Of a stretch of DNA of 64,000 bases, positions 40,220 through 55,756 are shown piece after piece. The notes under the pieces were generated by a model. It did no database searches, was not told the origin of the DNA, and saw nothing but the letters and a program-made list of their open reading frames with translations. Source of the DNA: Lingula anatina (Eukaryota; Animalia; Brachiopoda). Location: the NCBI GenBank assembly GCA_051362555.1, contig CM120640.1, positions 15,190,001 to 15,254,000 of the forward strand, in the 5' to 3' direction. How positions within the stretch are numbered: position 1 is the stretch's first letter; each line of letters begins with the position of its first letter. The position numbers and the translations under genes are program-made.

Positions 40220-40831
40220 TGTCTGTATTTTTCCTTTCTTTCAAGATAGTGGGATATTACCTAAAATATCAAATTCCATTATTTTTTGTTTTTTTGTAAA
40301 TGCAATTTGTAGCAGATCAAAGACATTAAGCATACATCAAAACAGCTATCTCTGTCAACGCTCTAAGGCCTTCATATATTTCATTTACTTATTTTTGATG
40401 GGAGTTCCCCAAATATAATTAAATGAACACTGCTTTATGCATACGGTATTCGCAGGTCTGGCTTTATTGAGACACTGACAGTGTTGAAAAATAAATGGGA
40501 GCATTAAGGATACTAGTTAGGTTATTTTGAATGGCCAGACCGTCCTTTACTTTAGACTGAACTTCTTTAAACAGATATGTGTATGTCACTGAAGTTTAAA
40601 ATAAAATATCTGTCGATCCATTTATTTGATAATGTATCAAATGTACATAATAAAAGTTATATGAAAGACTGGGTGGAAATCCACGTTCTCGAATTTCTGC
40701 CGGAAGGTCAAATTTAGCGACCATTTCCAGGCGATAACATTCACCTGTCACAAACTAAATCACTACATGTGCATATATTTCAATATTATTACATGTTGTA
40801 TGCGCGGATCTACTCATTTAAATGTCCTTAC

Positions 40832-40950
40832 CGTATTAACTTTAATGCAAATCCATATCTAGCAGTTTTACCGCAAAACAAAGGAAGCCATCTTTGTCTT
40901 TTATTTCGTGACTGCGCAGTCAATTTGGCGCACAGCATCAGCGCCACCTA
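40832..40950 (-). promoter_or_regulatory. Probable Brahma promoter and non-coding first exon
   Basis: CpG patch; YY1-type AAGATGGC on the minus strand (40887-40894); donor CG|GTAAGG at 40831; acceptor near 40261 precedes the ATG exon. Confidence 0.55.
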
Positions 40951-42854
40951 GCCAGCAAGAAGAGACAGCATCCTATATTTGCTATAACCTGGTTGGTTCT
41001 GGGTACGTTTGTGAATAGTTTTGATTAAGCATAGAGAATCTCAGATGTTTTAAAGGAACAATTGACAGACATGGTGGGATGAAGTAAAACAAAAAGGGAC
41101 AATAAAGAGAAAAGGGCAGTGAAGAAAGCAGTGCTTAAATCTACAGCCTTTCTTAAAATGCAAAAAGATTTATCTGGGCCTCAACCAATGATTTTTCCCA
41201 ACTAAATAGCCGCTTTTTATCGGTGTATGTCAATTACGCTGACGCTTACGGATGAACCCACGCTAGTATACTATTACATACCAGTACACCAAAGACGACT
41301 AAGACAGCTAAATTCCATTTATCACATTGTTAAAACTTGAAGAACTTAACGCTTAGGCCTAGACCTTTAACATATATAGGCCTGATTAACAGTGATATTA
41401 GTCATATCACGTACTGTCTCAGAGTTTAATTGGCGTTTTTCGTAAAAATACAGCCGGTGTTCAGTTTTGCAAAGCTGCCAACGGTTTATTGCTATGATCT
41501 TTACAGCGTTGTTCGCTTAATTTCTCTTTGTATTTGAAAGGTTATTTATCGAACCCTCTTTCAAGAACTTAATCAATCAAAACTAGGACGAAACAGGATG
41601 AAATTAGGATGAAACATGGGAAAAGTTCAAAATAAAACAAATAAGTACACTAATTTTTAAGAATGACCGAATAAAATTATTAAAAATACTTTCAAATGTC
41701 CAGTGCATGCAGTCGGTGTCCATAAACAGTTGACTTGACCCTATTGACCCCCAGAATAAAGCTCACACGCTTGATTAGACCACGCAAGGAACTGGTTCAA
41801 CAAGGGAAATCATTCATTTAAGGCAAAGAGGAGATTTTTCGATGTAAATGTGGCAATTATGTAGGAATATTTAATATTTCAAACTTTTAAATTTCACAGG
41901 GTGTCAAAAAAGACAACTCTTTCGCGCATCCAGTTTTCTATGACGTAATATTATTGTGTCATTGGTTTCAGGGCCTTTGTAAATCCTACTTGATAAATAT
42001 TGATTGGTCTTCTACGGCTCATTGCTTATGATAATATTAAGCGTCGATAAAATTGCTTAAAAATTCAATATTTGTGCTGTGCAGCGAATCATGTCCTGAG
42101 AGGGTCCGTTGGCTAAAATTACCGATAGCCTATACTGCTGGTCTATCTGTGTGTATAGGGCATATTTCTTAATTTCTTTATTAATCATAATGTCAGTTGC
42201 TATGCAGTAAGAGAGTTGTGCATCAGTAATGAATACCTACGGCTGCTGGGTTAAAAATCCAATTACAACATGTACACAACCTTACTGAGGGTTCTTACCA
42301 CCCATCATTACTAAAAAAGACATTATTCATACGGATTTTAAGACCATATATCTGGACTTGTCTCAAGATGAGTAATTGATTGAATGTTCTCTACACAAAT
42401 TTAGTTTGCATAAAATGCAATTTATGTTATGGTATTCATAAAAGGGTGCACCGCGCACATAAAAATAATTACAGGGTGTTTAAAATAGGAAGATTTTATG
42501 GCCCATTTTAGACAATAGCAATCCCATGTACTATCTAGGCCCGCCAGGCCAAGTATATAGTATATAGTGGATAATAAAAAAAATTACCACAATGATTCAA
42601 CAAGATATCTTAAGCCTCTAGCACGGTTTCCAGAAGACCTCCGCTACTGCCAGTGTTACACTAGCATTGCGCTTTTACGAATGTAACTTTAAAAAATACA
42701 CATTTTAATTTTATCAGTCAGAGGTAGGCCTAATATCGTGGAGAACTATTATATGTGAAACTTCACAGGATTATCACTTATAATCGATGGCTTTTTACCG
42801 ATTTATTTCGATGAAAACCATGTAAAGAGCGTGTTGTTATTGAAGTTAGAACTA

Positions 42855-42857
<3 letters not shown>

Positions 42858-42919
<62 letters not shown>

Positions 42920-42937
42920 GCACACACAGACACACAC
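42858..42937. repeat. Compound (CT)n(CA)n microsatellite
   Basis: Direct inspection. Confidence 0.95.
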
Positions 42938-43104
42938 CAGGCCCGTAGTCAGCAATTTCAAAAGGGGGGTTCATTTTATGAAAAAGTGGACCTTTTTCCA
43001 TAAAAACATCATGTACTTAGATTAAATTTTACCCAGAGTGGACCTTTTCCCAGCAAAAGGGGCGGTTCTTTCGAACCCCCCGAACCCCCCTGGCTACGGG
43101 CCTG
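42938..43104. mobile_element. Short MITE, copy 2 (family of 19058-19202, inverted), inserted in a (CA)n tract
   Basis: CAGGCCCGTAGTCAG ... CTGGCTACGGGCCTG; internal AGTGGACCTTTT and TTCTTTCGAACCCCCCGAACCCCCC match the reverse complement of copy 1. Confidence 0.8.
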
Positions 43105-43391
43105 CACACACACACACACATGCATATGCACAAGCGCCAAACCGAGTGCAAAATGTGTCACCTTATCATGAAATACTGCTATAGTTCCTACAAACTCACC
43201 TTGTGGATATTACTCACGCTCAGTCCATAAATCTAAGTGTCACAAACTAACAGGAATCTCGAGAAATAAATCTTGTGTTTTTCCTTGCGTTAACTTCCAT
43301 TCTGTCATTTGTGAATAAATAAATAAATAATCAGCTGTAAAAAGATATTGACCTCATACTCTTTACGTAATACGCTGCCTCGTTTTCTTGT

Positions 43392-43431
<40 letters not shown>

Positions 43432-44289
43432 TTAATTATAATTCATCTTATTCGCGTCAAGAAATGAAAAGAAATTCTAACCGAAAGCCCATGTTCAGGT
43501 TGCGACGATTTCTTTGGCCATTTACAATGACCTTTTCTTTTTTCTTCAGAAACCCAGCACTACATCTAGAGGCTATTTTCATTGTACATTGTGTACTTTT
43601 TACTGTTAGCATTAACTCAGTATCACTTGGTATCACATAGTTATCTGGATCAGCCAGAGACCTTATACTAACGAATTTCGCCTACGCATTACTCCCCCTA
43701 CAAAGATAGCCTGATTTGTCACGTCGCCGGGAACGGCCCCTCCCCTGTGTCCCTTCCTGGTAGCTTGAAAGAAAAATAAGCGTGAATTAAGTAACAGATT
43801 CCGGCAGCCTTCTCTAAGGCAGTGTAATCGATAAAGGTTCACAATTCGAGACTGGGTTGCAAGTGAAATGAACCAGTGCATAAGTCATTGTGCTCTCGAA
43901 GTTGATCAACAATGTAGAATAAACTACATTGAATGCATGTCTGTAACAGCGTCTGCAGTGTTAGGGAATGTTATTCCCTTGCAGCATATGTGTTATAGGT
44001 TGCGCCTATGTTTTGGGTCGTTTTCAGAAAATATTTTGCTTGCTGTTTAATAAACCATTATAAAACAGATATGAAGAAGAAAATTTGAGGTAGGGTGGAC
44101 TTCCTAAAAACAGCGTGGCCAAATCTACGACCCGTCCCTGAAAAGCGTTTTAACACATCGGCAATATCGCACATAACTATTTGAAATCGCGAAAAAGTTG
44201 TTACTTTTTACACATAAGATGCATAATTTTGCAATTTTGTTATCGCACCATCTGACTACTTTAACTGGAGGATAAGTATGAGAATATCG

Positions 44290-44543
44290 CTCTCCGATTG
44301 GCCAGCGCGCACAATGAAGCTCGGAACAACCAGGTGAGCTTGTTTAGTGGGTCACGCCCTGAGTGAACAACGTGCACGTCAACGCGAGCCGCTGATTACG
44401 ATCGACTCGCTGTCCCAACATACCGGGAGTAATACCAGGGGGAAAAAGCAGAACTTGTCTATGAAACTGAACTGAAGAAACGACACTATCTCCAAAGCAG
44501 GGATTCGACGCCGGAGAATCCTGTTACGCTCCTCAGCGTAAAG
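44290..44543 (+). promoter_or_regulatory. Candidate promoter / 5' non-coding exon of the secreted repeat-protein gene
   Basis: CpG-rich patch with reverse CCAAT (GATTGG, ~44296); donor-like AAG|GTAGGC at 44543/44544; the ATG exon at 47977 is directly preceded by an acceptor (TTCCAG|G ATG), so an upstream exon is expected. Confidence 0.35.
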
Positions 44544-47500
44544 GTAGGCAAATCTGAAGCGATGTCGTGTTGCGAGAGTTAGCTGACTTGACTATTGATC
44601 AGACTTAGAAGCACTGCTTTATAGTGGGGCGTTGGTTCAACTTCTAATATAAGTAGTGATTGAGTATTTGTTTTTGCATATCACTGTTTAAATCTACTTT
44701 CTTGTCATTTGCCTTCTATCAAAATTGTTTGGCCGACAGCATAGGCTGCCATACTGCTGAGTTTTGGCTATAATGTTTTCTTATTATCCAAGATGTGGAT
44801 ATGCAGCAACCATTATAACTATATTACGTCATTTCAAAATAAATATACTATCGAGCCTGTTACACGTATTGTATTCAAATTTCCACTCAGTTTATGTTAA
44901 TAATATTATCTCCACAAATATTGTGCCAAAAGCACATGGATACAAAATTAAGAAAATGAATCGGAGGAAAGCAAGCTGAATGTAAACAGTAGGCCTTTCA
45001 GAAATACAGGCAAAAGCATTGCTACTCATTCAGATCAGTTTAATGTAGTGTGTGTCTGTAAAAAATACGTAGGCTGTGTAAAATGACACTGCCGTTTATT
45101 TCAATAGCTCCCTGTTGTACCTAGAAAAATTCTGCCCACTAATTGTATTGAGTGTAAAACAATGGCAGGGGGTGGCGATGAGAATATCGATCTTAGGATT
45201 ATGGAGGCTCAATTGTGAACAGCTGAACAGCGGGGCGTTGGCTCAACACAAAAAGGAAGTTTCCCTTGACGCATTGGTAGCTTTAGAGCTTTTCATAATT
45301 TTTTTGTATAATGAATAACATCATGAACCTCATCGCTAGCTTAGCAATCAAGCACTAGGTGAGATTCTGGAAAATTTGCCGAATTCCTACCTATCATTAT
45401 TTCTTTTTATCACATAAGAGTTTAAAAAAAATGTTTTAGGCTATTCATCAAATTCATCAGGTTTGCTGTCAATATCAGACGCAGATTAAAGAGAGAACCT
45501 GAAAATTTTCCGTAGACTTTATTATAACGCGTCACAGAGGGTATGTATAGTTTGCGATGGCAGAGATTAGTGATGGATCAAGGTATCGCTGATACTGATA
45601 TCGTTTACGCAAAACATGTGAAAGAAACATTTCTGCGCCATTTGATCTCATGCGCTGATCATAGCATTATTTCACCCAGAAGGAAATAGGCGTGTCACAA
45701 GATCTGTACAGGGAAATGACAGTCCTTTGCAAAATTTCTGATTTACGTCAGGCAATACAGCTGATAACATCAACACGTCCGCACCCATTTGCCCATGGGG
45801 ACGGCAATATATTTCACCCTTTTTCTATCTCCAGGCCACTCAAAGTGTTGAGTAAGATACATTCGTGCTAATCTATGTTATAGAAGCTCTTTGGTCCCGG
45901 ACGTCGAAAGCCCAGACGTTTACCACATTTGATAGTCCCCCTAAATGAAATCGGCCCGTACTTTGATTGATATGGGGTAGTTATTATCCAGTTCGGATGC
46001 AAGTTCAGGTGCAATTACCGAACTGTTGACAACATGTCCGTCGTTATTAAGCTCAGCGTTGAACCTTCACAAGCAGGGCGTCACCTTCTCCAACAGCCCA
46101 TAAATTATTGAACATTGCATAATTTCCCCTAGATAGTATCTTCACCTTTCGCCTTGGCTCTACACGTTGGTGTGCAAAATGCCTTTTCGTATGACATTTC
46201 AGTGAGTCAGCTATTGAAGGCCCACACTGTGCTCGTGAATAATTTCTCTCTTTTTCCATCGTTAATTAACTTCTTTATAATGACCAGTGACACTTTTACA
46301 CTTTCATTCTCTGAACTGGACGTCGCAGTCGTATATTAACAGGTAACTGACAAGCCCTAATGAGTTTTATCTGCAAGTCGGGATCGACCGGAACCCGGGC
46401 TTTCATTAATCCATGGTTGCCGTGGATACCATTTACCTGTTGTGTAGACTAAGAACATTAGTTTCCGATTAAGTTATACTTTGATCATTCAGAGTAGAGA
46501 TTCATTACCATTCGCCCGGGTGTGACTTTCCTTTAATATGAATCGTGATATCGTAGTTCCGTCTGCAAGGATCGTGTGGCACTTTTGCCTTCTGAAAAAT
46601 AGTGAGAAGTAACTTTAACTTAATCCTACGGAATTTCTATTTTACATTTCCTTTAATTGTTCCGGAACGTGGTTCTGTTATAGGTTTTGCTAATGTATGC
46701 GGTATGAATTGCAATTGTACACAATCCAATACAGGGCCACATTCTTACATCCATTAAAAGAGCGTGGTAATGTTTGCGTTGTAAATGTTTTCCTAAAATG
46801 TTATCACTACTGATTAACAATAGTTGCACTGCATAATTACGCCATGTATAGACACTGAAATGTGGAATGTTGAAAGGCTGGCACGGGGATCTGGATTAAT
46901 GAACAAAGGCTACTGAAGTATGAAAACTGCAAATGCAGGACCACAGATATATTGGATACACTGAATAGACATGTATTAGGACTGGGCGAAAGTGCTTTTG
47001 CCAAAATGGTACTTGTCAATAGGAATGCCTTATGAATGCTGTCGCGCATGCTTCAGTCGGCTCTTCGAGATTATCTGCACCTTCTTAAGCCTACTTGAAA
47101 CTCGGACCTGTATGTTCTGACTTCATTGACAATATGACCAAGCTACCCTTAGCTCAATACTTTATTTACCATCTCGTCTCACTTATACTGCAGGTTGTGA
47201 TTTGTTGATCAGATTTGAATAAAAAAGGCCAGTCTTGTGCATTATGTAATGTGGGTCCGAGCCGTTTATTGAGACTAAGGCATTGGTCATTGTGGCCAAA
47301 CCAGTTTACCTTTTGTAATTTTTACTTGCTTGGTCACACGATCACCATGGAACGTCTACACAAGTATTTCTTTTATAAAAACAAATATTTTTCACAACTG
47401 GAGGGTGATCGACGAAAAATTCTTTTCTGACATTCGTCATTAGATATCACACTTGATACGTAGAGAGTAAAGGCATTCCTACTTGCACTGTGTGTAAAAT

Positions 47501-47976
47501 CATATGAAACCGGTTTTTGTAGATTATTTGCACACCTTTCTGATCGTTCAGTTCTTTCATATGCTCTTTTTGCCACCAGACTAAGCATATATTTTCTTAA
47601 CAAATCATTGAATCGAATTTGATCTGTCAGCTACTAGGTCAATATATTGTCAGGCCTGGGATTTGATTGTACGCCTTACCTTTGGAGAACACTTGCATTA
47701 CAAGAGTATTTTTACAATTGCATTATTCATCGACTCCTTTTAAATGTTTTTTTCATATCCCTGGCCTTAACCTTTCCCAACCCCGTCTCTCTCTCTCTTA
47801 CTCTCTCTCTCTCTATTTTTCTCAGCTTCCCTGCCTTCCAGCCTGTCCCTATATTTTTTCTTTTCCTCCATTGTGCCGTCACACCCAATCTCTCTATAGA
47901 ATTAGAGCAAATATGTAATTTCTTAATTATTTGAGAAATACAAATTTTAGGTAGTTATTTTTATTTTTCTTCCAGG

Positions 47977-50900
47977 ATGCCTTCCTTAATCACAGTGTGT
48001 TATGCGGGCCTGGTGGCCCTGCAAGTGCTACAAGTGACGCACCAACAAACATCAACTGGTAAGTAGGGTTGTTTTTGGCACGTTTTGTATAATTATTACG
48101 ATCATTTTCATGGTTATAGTTTTTTCAAGTTGTGGTATGTAGAGGTAGAATACTCCCTGGCTACAAATGTTGATCTTTGCCTCACTCACGGAAGCTAAAA
48201 ACTGTTTATTGGGTCATTGCAATTACATCGTCAAATAATTTGTGATATAGGTGTATTTGATATTTAGTAATAATAATATAGACATTTAAACTTATGGCTG
48301 TGCAGCTGGTGTTCAAGCTAAATGACTATGTGGAGAAAATTTTGAGAAAAAAGAAAAAAAAACAGAATTCCACACCAGAAGTCTCGGGTTTCTCAGGTTT
48401 CATAAAAAAATGTCGATCTTCCGGAACATGCATTAAGGAATGTGAAAATAATGGTGTTTGTCTATTTTTTCACATTCTTTAAGACGCGTCTCAGGAGTTG
48501 ATAGCCCTTTTCTACGCTATTGAATGACGGGAATTTTTTTCTTAAGAACAAGCTATATATGTAGAAGATAGTGACGGTCAACATGTTTACTTAAAATACA
48601 AAATTCGCTTAAATGCCGTGTGACAAGTAACGCAGCACGCGTTATTTGTAGCAAGGAAATTTACTGTAATATAATTGCAATTGCAATTTTACTGCATTTA
48701 TTTGTAAAAAAAAAATGCAAACATTAAGTGTATTGGGCATTTAATCGGAATTTCCGAACACCAATATACCTACCGTCTTAGAAACCCAAAAGTATCATAC
48801 CCTGGATAACAGTACATTGGATTTTGAATTCTGACACCCTAATAGCAGTTCTAAACTGCTGTCATTACTAACTAAAAACGTCTGAATTACAAACCGAGAT
48901 ACAATTGAAAAGGCTTACTATGACAAAATCAGTAGCCCCGGTTAGAAGTTACATATTGGTCAAAGTAGCTGTAGTCCGAATGGAAATAATTCCAATAGTG
49001 GCTGACGGAACATGATTAATTAGCGACATTCAGGCTGAGCGGATGCGTCCTCCAGCCCGAAGACCATTAATCACCCCGTAGAAAAAGGTGCCACACCCTT
49101 GAAACCCTCCTTAAAATAGACCAAAATTTATATTTTTTATAGAGGTTAGGTATACAAATGTTTATCGTGTAAAATATTGAAAGTTATAAAATTTTATCGT
49201 CATATAGAGGTGCCAGTAGATGTAAAAAGAGGTCATATTAAATGTTGATTTTTTTTTCAAGAGTCATATTTTCAAACTGTAGAATTACATACTCACACTC
49301 CAGTACGGAGAGAGGAGTAATTTATTTATTTTAGAGTTGTCAGCACATTGAGAATTTCTTTTTTTTTTCCACTGCACCCAACCACTGGGTTCTTACACAG
49401 TAACCAATAGCTATTAATGACCCTGAACACCCAGGGTTAGAAATCGTGTCACTCTTATAAAGGCTTTTCTGTTCGGGGTACGATACTCGTTACTGGCGGA
49501 ATGTTGCAACGCCTACAACGCCTACTGGTTATTCAATCTACCTGAATGACAAACAATATTGATGTGTGTGTATGCTACAAAGACACCAGAAAGTTGATTC
49601 AAAAGTGCGTTTTTTTATGTTCTGACTGACCCTCAGCCACCAGAATTAAGTTGTTGGAAATGGAGTTATGTGTCTGTAATACTGTAGTCACTGTATGTGC
49701 GTGACTATAACGATTTGGAGATCTCCCACACGGATTCGGCCTTCACGTCTGGTAACCTAATCGGCTACCCCTCCGCCACCCTCCAGTAAATGCGTAGAGT
49801 AACTGTGGCCATGGTGCGTTCGTCCTCCTCATTTCCCTACAGTTAACAAACCTGTTAACTACAGTTATCAAATATAAAGATCCTATGCACCAATTGTGCA
49901 TTTTGAAAGATCCAAACACTTAGTATGAACTGTAAATAACCTTAATTGTGACAAAAATCATTTTGACGGCAGTTGTCAAAAGAAATCGGTCTTCTATTAT
50001 GCTGATCTTTTCACATTCCTGTTTTGTCGCTTTTTATTACACGGTGGCAAAGAATTAAAATATCAAAGATATATCGACATCAGCTGTTTGCTTCAGCAAT
50101 AGCAAAGTCTACTTTAAACTTTTCGACCCAGGTGGTAGACCTTTCTATATAGTTACTAGTACCAAAGAGCCCTTAAAAATTAAATGTAGAGCGCGCTTAA
50201 TTGTGCAGTGGCCTATAGTAATTTTACAAGTAGCATTCGAGAACGAGCATAAGTGAAAGAGACCCCTCTTATCTCCAGTCATTTTTTGCTGAAATAAATA
50301 TACACGTATGCGCCCTAGAGTTGTCTGACTGCCGTATCAATACCAAAATATCCTTTTAATTCTACCCTCTTCCTCTCCTTTGCTTTGCTTAAATAAAATG
50401 AAACGTCCAATTGGCTTTAGCCTACAAACTAATTTTTTGGTGTTAGCTGGATTTTCTGGGTTTTCATATTTCAACGTGATAGCTAGACTTGACGGTGTTT
50501 CACATATCGGGGAAACGTAATTTCTTTGATTAAGAAGGAAAGCTTGTTGGTCTTTACCACCTGTTTTCAGTGTCAATCATGTATGCATCTACCTGTACGT
50601 ATGGGCCTTGGTTTGTCAGTTCGTCATATTATTATAGTCTATATTAAGACAGTGGTAATTCATTTGCCGTGCTTTATTTGGATTACATTAATTATTCCAA
50701 TATACCGCTTCATAATGATTCAGTATGCGCACTCTTGCGCAATTAACTGCATATTATATAAGTCTGCAATTACGCAAAGTTCAAATGAACATGGGTATGT
50801 CTTCGATCAATATTTTCTAACATGAACGTATTTTTTCCAGTGCCAGTGTCCTTAGACAATTCTGGAAGGGACTTTCTTGTTATGTTCATGGAGAACAATG

Positions 50901-53900
50901 TAGAGCAGCCACAGAACTTTCCTTTAGAACTCTTTATAACCACTGAAAGATCCATAGCTGACGTGACTGTCGTCAGTCCAATATTTTTTACTCCTGGTGG
51001 CGAACCCGTGGTGTCAACTACAATACAAGTGCGCCGACACGAAATAAAATTAGTGAATATTTCAAATAGTCTTCGTATGTCACAGACTCGGATTGGGTCG
51101 AAGGGAATTGTTATTGCTTCCACTGATGACATTGTCGTGTATGGGGTCAATAAAGAGAGATTCTCCAACGACGCCTTCTTGGCTCTGCCCGTAAAGGTTC
51201 TGGGCCAGGAGTACTACATTGTCACCTATTATCCGCCGGAGAATCTCTGTCAGGCAGGGATTGTGGCTTCTGAAGATGACACTGACCTGGTTATCCAGTT
51301 CCCCAGCCCTGGCTCCGGTTTATCCGTGGTGTACAACGGTCGCAACTATAGTAACGGTGACACATTAACATTAACTCTTAACCAGTATGAGACCTTCCAG
51401 TTCCAAAGTAAAGGAGACCTGACCGGTGCCAGAATCCTTGCAAGCAAAAAGATCGCAGTATTCAGTGGGAACATAAGGTCCAACGTCGGAACCGGAGTTT
51501 CACGAGACCATCTGGTTGAGCAATTGCCTCCAGCTAATACTTGGGGTATGCGCTTTGCCACGGTGCCCATTCCTAATCGTACCACGGGGGACGTCTTCAA
51601 GATCGTTGCCGGCAAGGACAACGCCCAGGTGAATATCACAGGGCAGGACCCTGTCAGGTTAAGACGAGCGGGGGACTATTTCGAAGTGACTCTGCCCTCA
51701 AACCAGTACTCCCTGATCACATCTTCCCAGCCCATCCTAGTGGTACAGATTGTGTACAGCCAGCTGTCATTCAGCGAACCGGCCGATCCTTCCCTGATCA
51801 TCGTTCCACCTACAGAGCAGTACATGTCCGAGTATTCCTTCGCCACCACCTTATATTCCGGTGGTATCACGGGCGGAGAATACACGAACTATTTCATGAT
51901 GGTGGTAGACTCTGAAAACCGAGACAACGTACTGCTGGATGGGTCCCCTATTCAAGGTGTTACCTGGAATGCTATTCCTGGAACTAACTTCGTCGGAGGG
52001 TACATCACAGTAGCACCTGGGGCACACAACTTAAGGCTTAGCCAGACTTCCGGGACATTCATGGGTCTGTTGTATGGCACAGCTGACAGAGAGTCGTATG
52101 GATTTCCTGTAGGAATGAACCTCAGATCAATTCAGAACGTAAGTGTTTCAGGCAATACCAACTTTAAACATATTCTGTCATAATTTCTTTTTACTTTAAA
52201 ATTACTATCTTATGGACTTCAGAACAGGTGAATCGGACGTTCATTATTTTTAGTGGCTTTTACTTTATTAGAAGTACATGTTTTTACTAATGTTTCAGGT
52301 ATGCCTGCAACCTTTCCAAGTACCAGGAGATGGCATTGACAATGACTGTGATGGACAGACTGACGAGGAAACGTGCGACGGTTTAGGTAAACAGCTTGTT
52401 CCAGAGTAATACATTCTTAATCGATCACTAAATATTGGAGTTATTATAGGTCAGACACTCGCCAATTGTATTCTCACGTGAACGTTATTGTATAGGGGTA
52501 AATATTATTGCATAGGGATGTAGTTATTTAGGTCTTTTACAGATGATGATAATGATGGTAGAACAGACGAAGACTGTCGCACATCGTCAGATACTGGCGG
52601 CAAAGAATTCCTCATCATGTTCATGGAGAACATTGTGGAAAACCCGCGTAACTTCGACCTTGAAGTCTTCGTGACCACATCTTTCAGCGTCCCTGTCCAG
52701 GTTAATTTGACAACCCCAGCGTGGACCAACCCCAGTGTTTTGCACTCTGTTACTGTTAATCCTAGAGAAGTTGTAAAGCTTGGTATAAGCCATCTTCTTC
52801 GACAGACAGATACCAGCAAATCGACCAAAGCCATCTTAATCGAGGCCTCAAATGAAATAGTAGTCTACGGTACAAATAAGGAGCTTTTCTCCAATGATGG
52901 GTTTTTGGCTTTACCTGTAGATTCTCTCGGCACCGAATATTACACGGTGTCTTACGCCCCAGCCAATTTGTACACCGAATTTGGTATCGTAGGCGTATAT
53001 GATAATACTTTGATTACTATAAAATTTCCGTCACCAAATGGCATTCCCGTTAGCGTAACGTATAACGGGATAACTTACGGCAACGGGGACATTCTGCAGA
53101 TTACTTTGAATAGGTACGATACCTTTCAAGTCCAAAGCAAGGGTGATTTAACTGGAACCAGAATTGTCGCCAGCCAGAAGGTGGCCGTGTTCAGCGGTAA
53201 CGTGAGGACAAATGTTGGTAGAGGCACCGCATCAAGAGACCATTTGGTTGAGCAACTTCCGCCGGCTCGATCTTGGGGCAAGCAGTTCGCCACGGTACCC
53301 ATCCCGAAACGGACAACAGGTGACTACTTCAGATTCGTTGCTTCACAGAACAACACCCAGGTCAACATCAACGGTGCTGGAACGTCTTTCACTTTAAACC
53401 AGGGCGAGTTCAGAGAACTTCTAATCCCGTCTGGTTTTAACATCTACATTACTTCCACTGAGCCCATCATGGTTGTCCAGTTCGTGTACAGCCAAGAAAG
53501 TGACGATTCCTTAGAAGTTGCCGACCCCTCCATGATTCTTGTCCCACCAATAGAACAATACGCAATTGAGTACAACTTCGCAACAGACCAGTACTCGGGA
53601 GGTGTGGTCGGAGGGGATTACATCCACTACTTCCTGATGGCTGTTAGGGCTGGTGACCGTGCTGGGTTACGCCTAGACGGAAACCCTTTACCAGACACCC
53701 TGGTATGGGCCCCTATTGGCAACAGTGGCCTGGTGGGGACAGCATTGAATATCTCGAGTGGTTCACACTCTCTCAGACACGTGAATGGGGATGTCACCTT
53801 CATGGGTTTGCTGTATGGCACCGCAGACCGAGAGAGCTATGGTTTCCCAGTTGGTATGAGGCTTGAGTCTATTGTACCGGTAGGTATAAAACTGACAATT

Positions 53901-55695
53901 GATTATATCTTTACATAAAAGCAAATTATTAAGTATAAAAAGTGAAGGGGACAGTGCGTGGAGTTTTAACTGAATGAGATCTTTCTCTGAGCTGTTAATA
54001 CAGCCAGTGCTAAAATATCCTGAGGTGTTGCTCTTTAGATAATGAAACTGCCCATAAGCAGCATGTTTACGGGATGTAAAAATTAACATTTGAATTGAAA
54101 CTCTCATTCAGACTACTCTTTCTCCTTTTTTTCAATAGAGGCCGGAAGAAGTAAAGAGAAGTAATTGATATAAATCAGAACCACAAAAAAGTCATTCTGT
54201 TTTTGGTTCGTGACTGACTTATTTGGCGAGACACAAGCCGTGATGTCACTGCAATAGATATTTTATGAAATGAGCCTGGGGCTATCACATTACTCTGTCA
54301 CATTAACGTGATGTGTTCAGTCGTTCACATCTGATACAACTAAATTTGGCATAAAACCCGTCATTAGTTGTGCTAAATGGATCGCCTGAACAGTCATGAC
54401 CCGGAGATCCAATTACTTGCGTCCTGCATGTTACTTAACCTAACCACAGTGCTTAGACTTACTGCCAAAATGGTTGGTTATGCAATGATTTAACGTTTCA
54501 GCCTTGTAGTGCCCCTGCCATGGTCCCTGGCGATGGCGTTGATAACGACTGTGATGGGACCATTGACGAAGAACAATGCGACGGGTTAGGTAAGAGGTTT
54601 TAGTCGTATCCCTGTCGAGTCATTTACCAGTCTGTTTCTCACGTTCGCCATGAAATTGATATTTCATTACAGTTACTTTAAATGGGATCTATCATGTTTA
54701 TTGTCAATGTTTAGATCCTAACAAGTAAACCGTAGCGTGGCTGCACCGGCTTCTCTTAACAAACAACTAATTCTCAAATGACATTTTATCGTCAGAAAAT
54801 ATTTGAAACTGTGTAAAGAAAACTAATGTTCAACATTTGACACTGTTTTTTAGATCAAGATTTGGATGGAAAAATAGACGAGGATTGTGCAGGTAAAAAA
54901 ACTTATAATATTATAATTTTCTAATAAGGTATATTGACTAATGCTTGGCTTGGTACATGAAATTTAAAATGTAGCAGTAGCTAGAGTCACTCGTCGCTTC
55001 AGGCGATGCCAAATCAATCATATTGAATGTCCAAAGTATGGTTGTCTTTTTAACGCACAGGGTATACTAATTTGCTAGAGTAGGGTGTTGTAACGGTATT
55101 AGTCTAAAGAGTGATGCAACATATTTATCTTGTGGTCTGAAAATGAAAATAACGAAAATAACTACACGCTTCTAAATTCATTGATAATGCTTGATGTTTT
55201 TATTCTTCCTGTCAGCCGGTACGTATCAACAGTGCATGACAAATCAGTATTGACATAAATACATCATAATAACACATTATAATATTTTCCTTTTCTTTAT
55301 TGTTATTATAATAACGGTCGTCGAACTGCATGTGTGAATTGCATGGCATGTTGCACTGTATGCTTCACTAACCTTGTTGAAGGAAACTTGATCTAGGTGG
55401 TGCCAAACTTCGTCAAATTAACGACAAACGAAATTAATAATTAGCACCTTGCTTTTTTCTATGAAAGGAATGTGTGAAATTAACAGTTGGCAAAAAGAAA
55501 AAGTTCGAAAACAAGATAAAAACATATAAAAGTCGGACACACGAAAATTCAAACCGTTGCATTGACGGTTTGATGATGAGTGCACACTTCAATACGACCA
55601 CAATATGAACACTAAGCATGGGTGAATCCAGGGTTTTTAAAATGGGAAGTGCCTCCCTTCCCCGAGAATGCATAAACGTATTATTTATTAGGATA

Positions 55696-55756
<61 letters not shown>

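Noticed and set aside
41000-47900. Short ORFs and Tc1-like CAGGGTGT ends in the intergenic/intronic region
   Set aside because: No paired TIRs, homology or splice-consistent coding structure found
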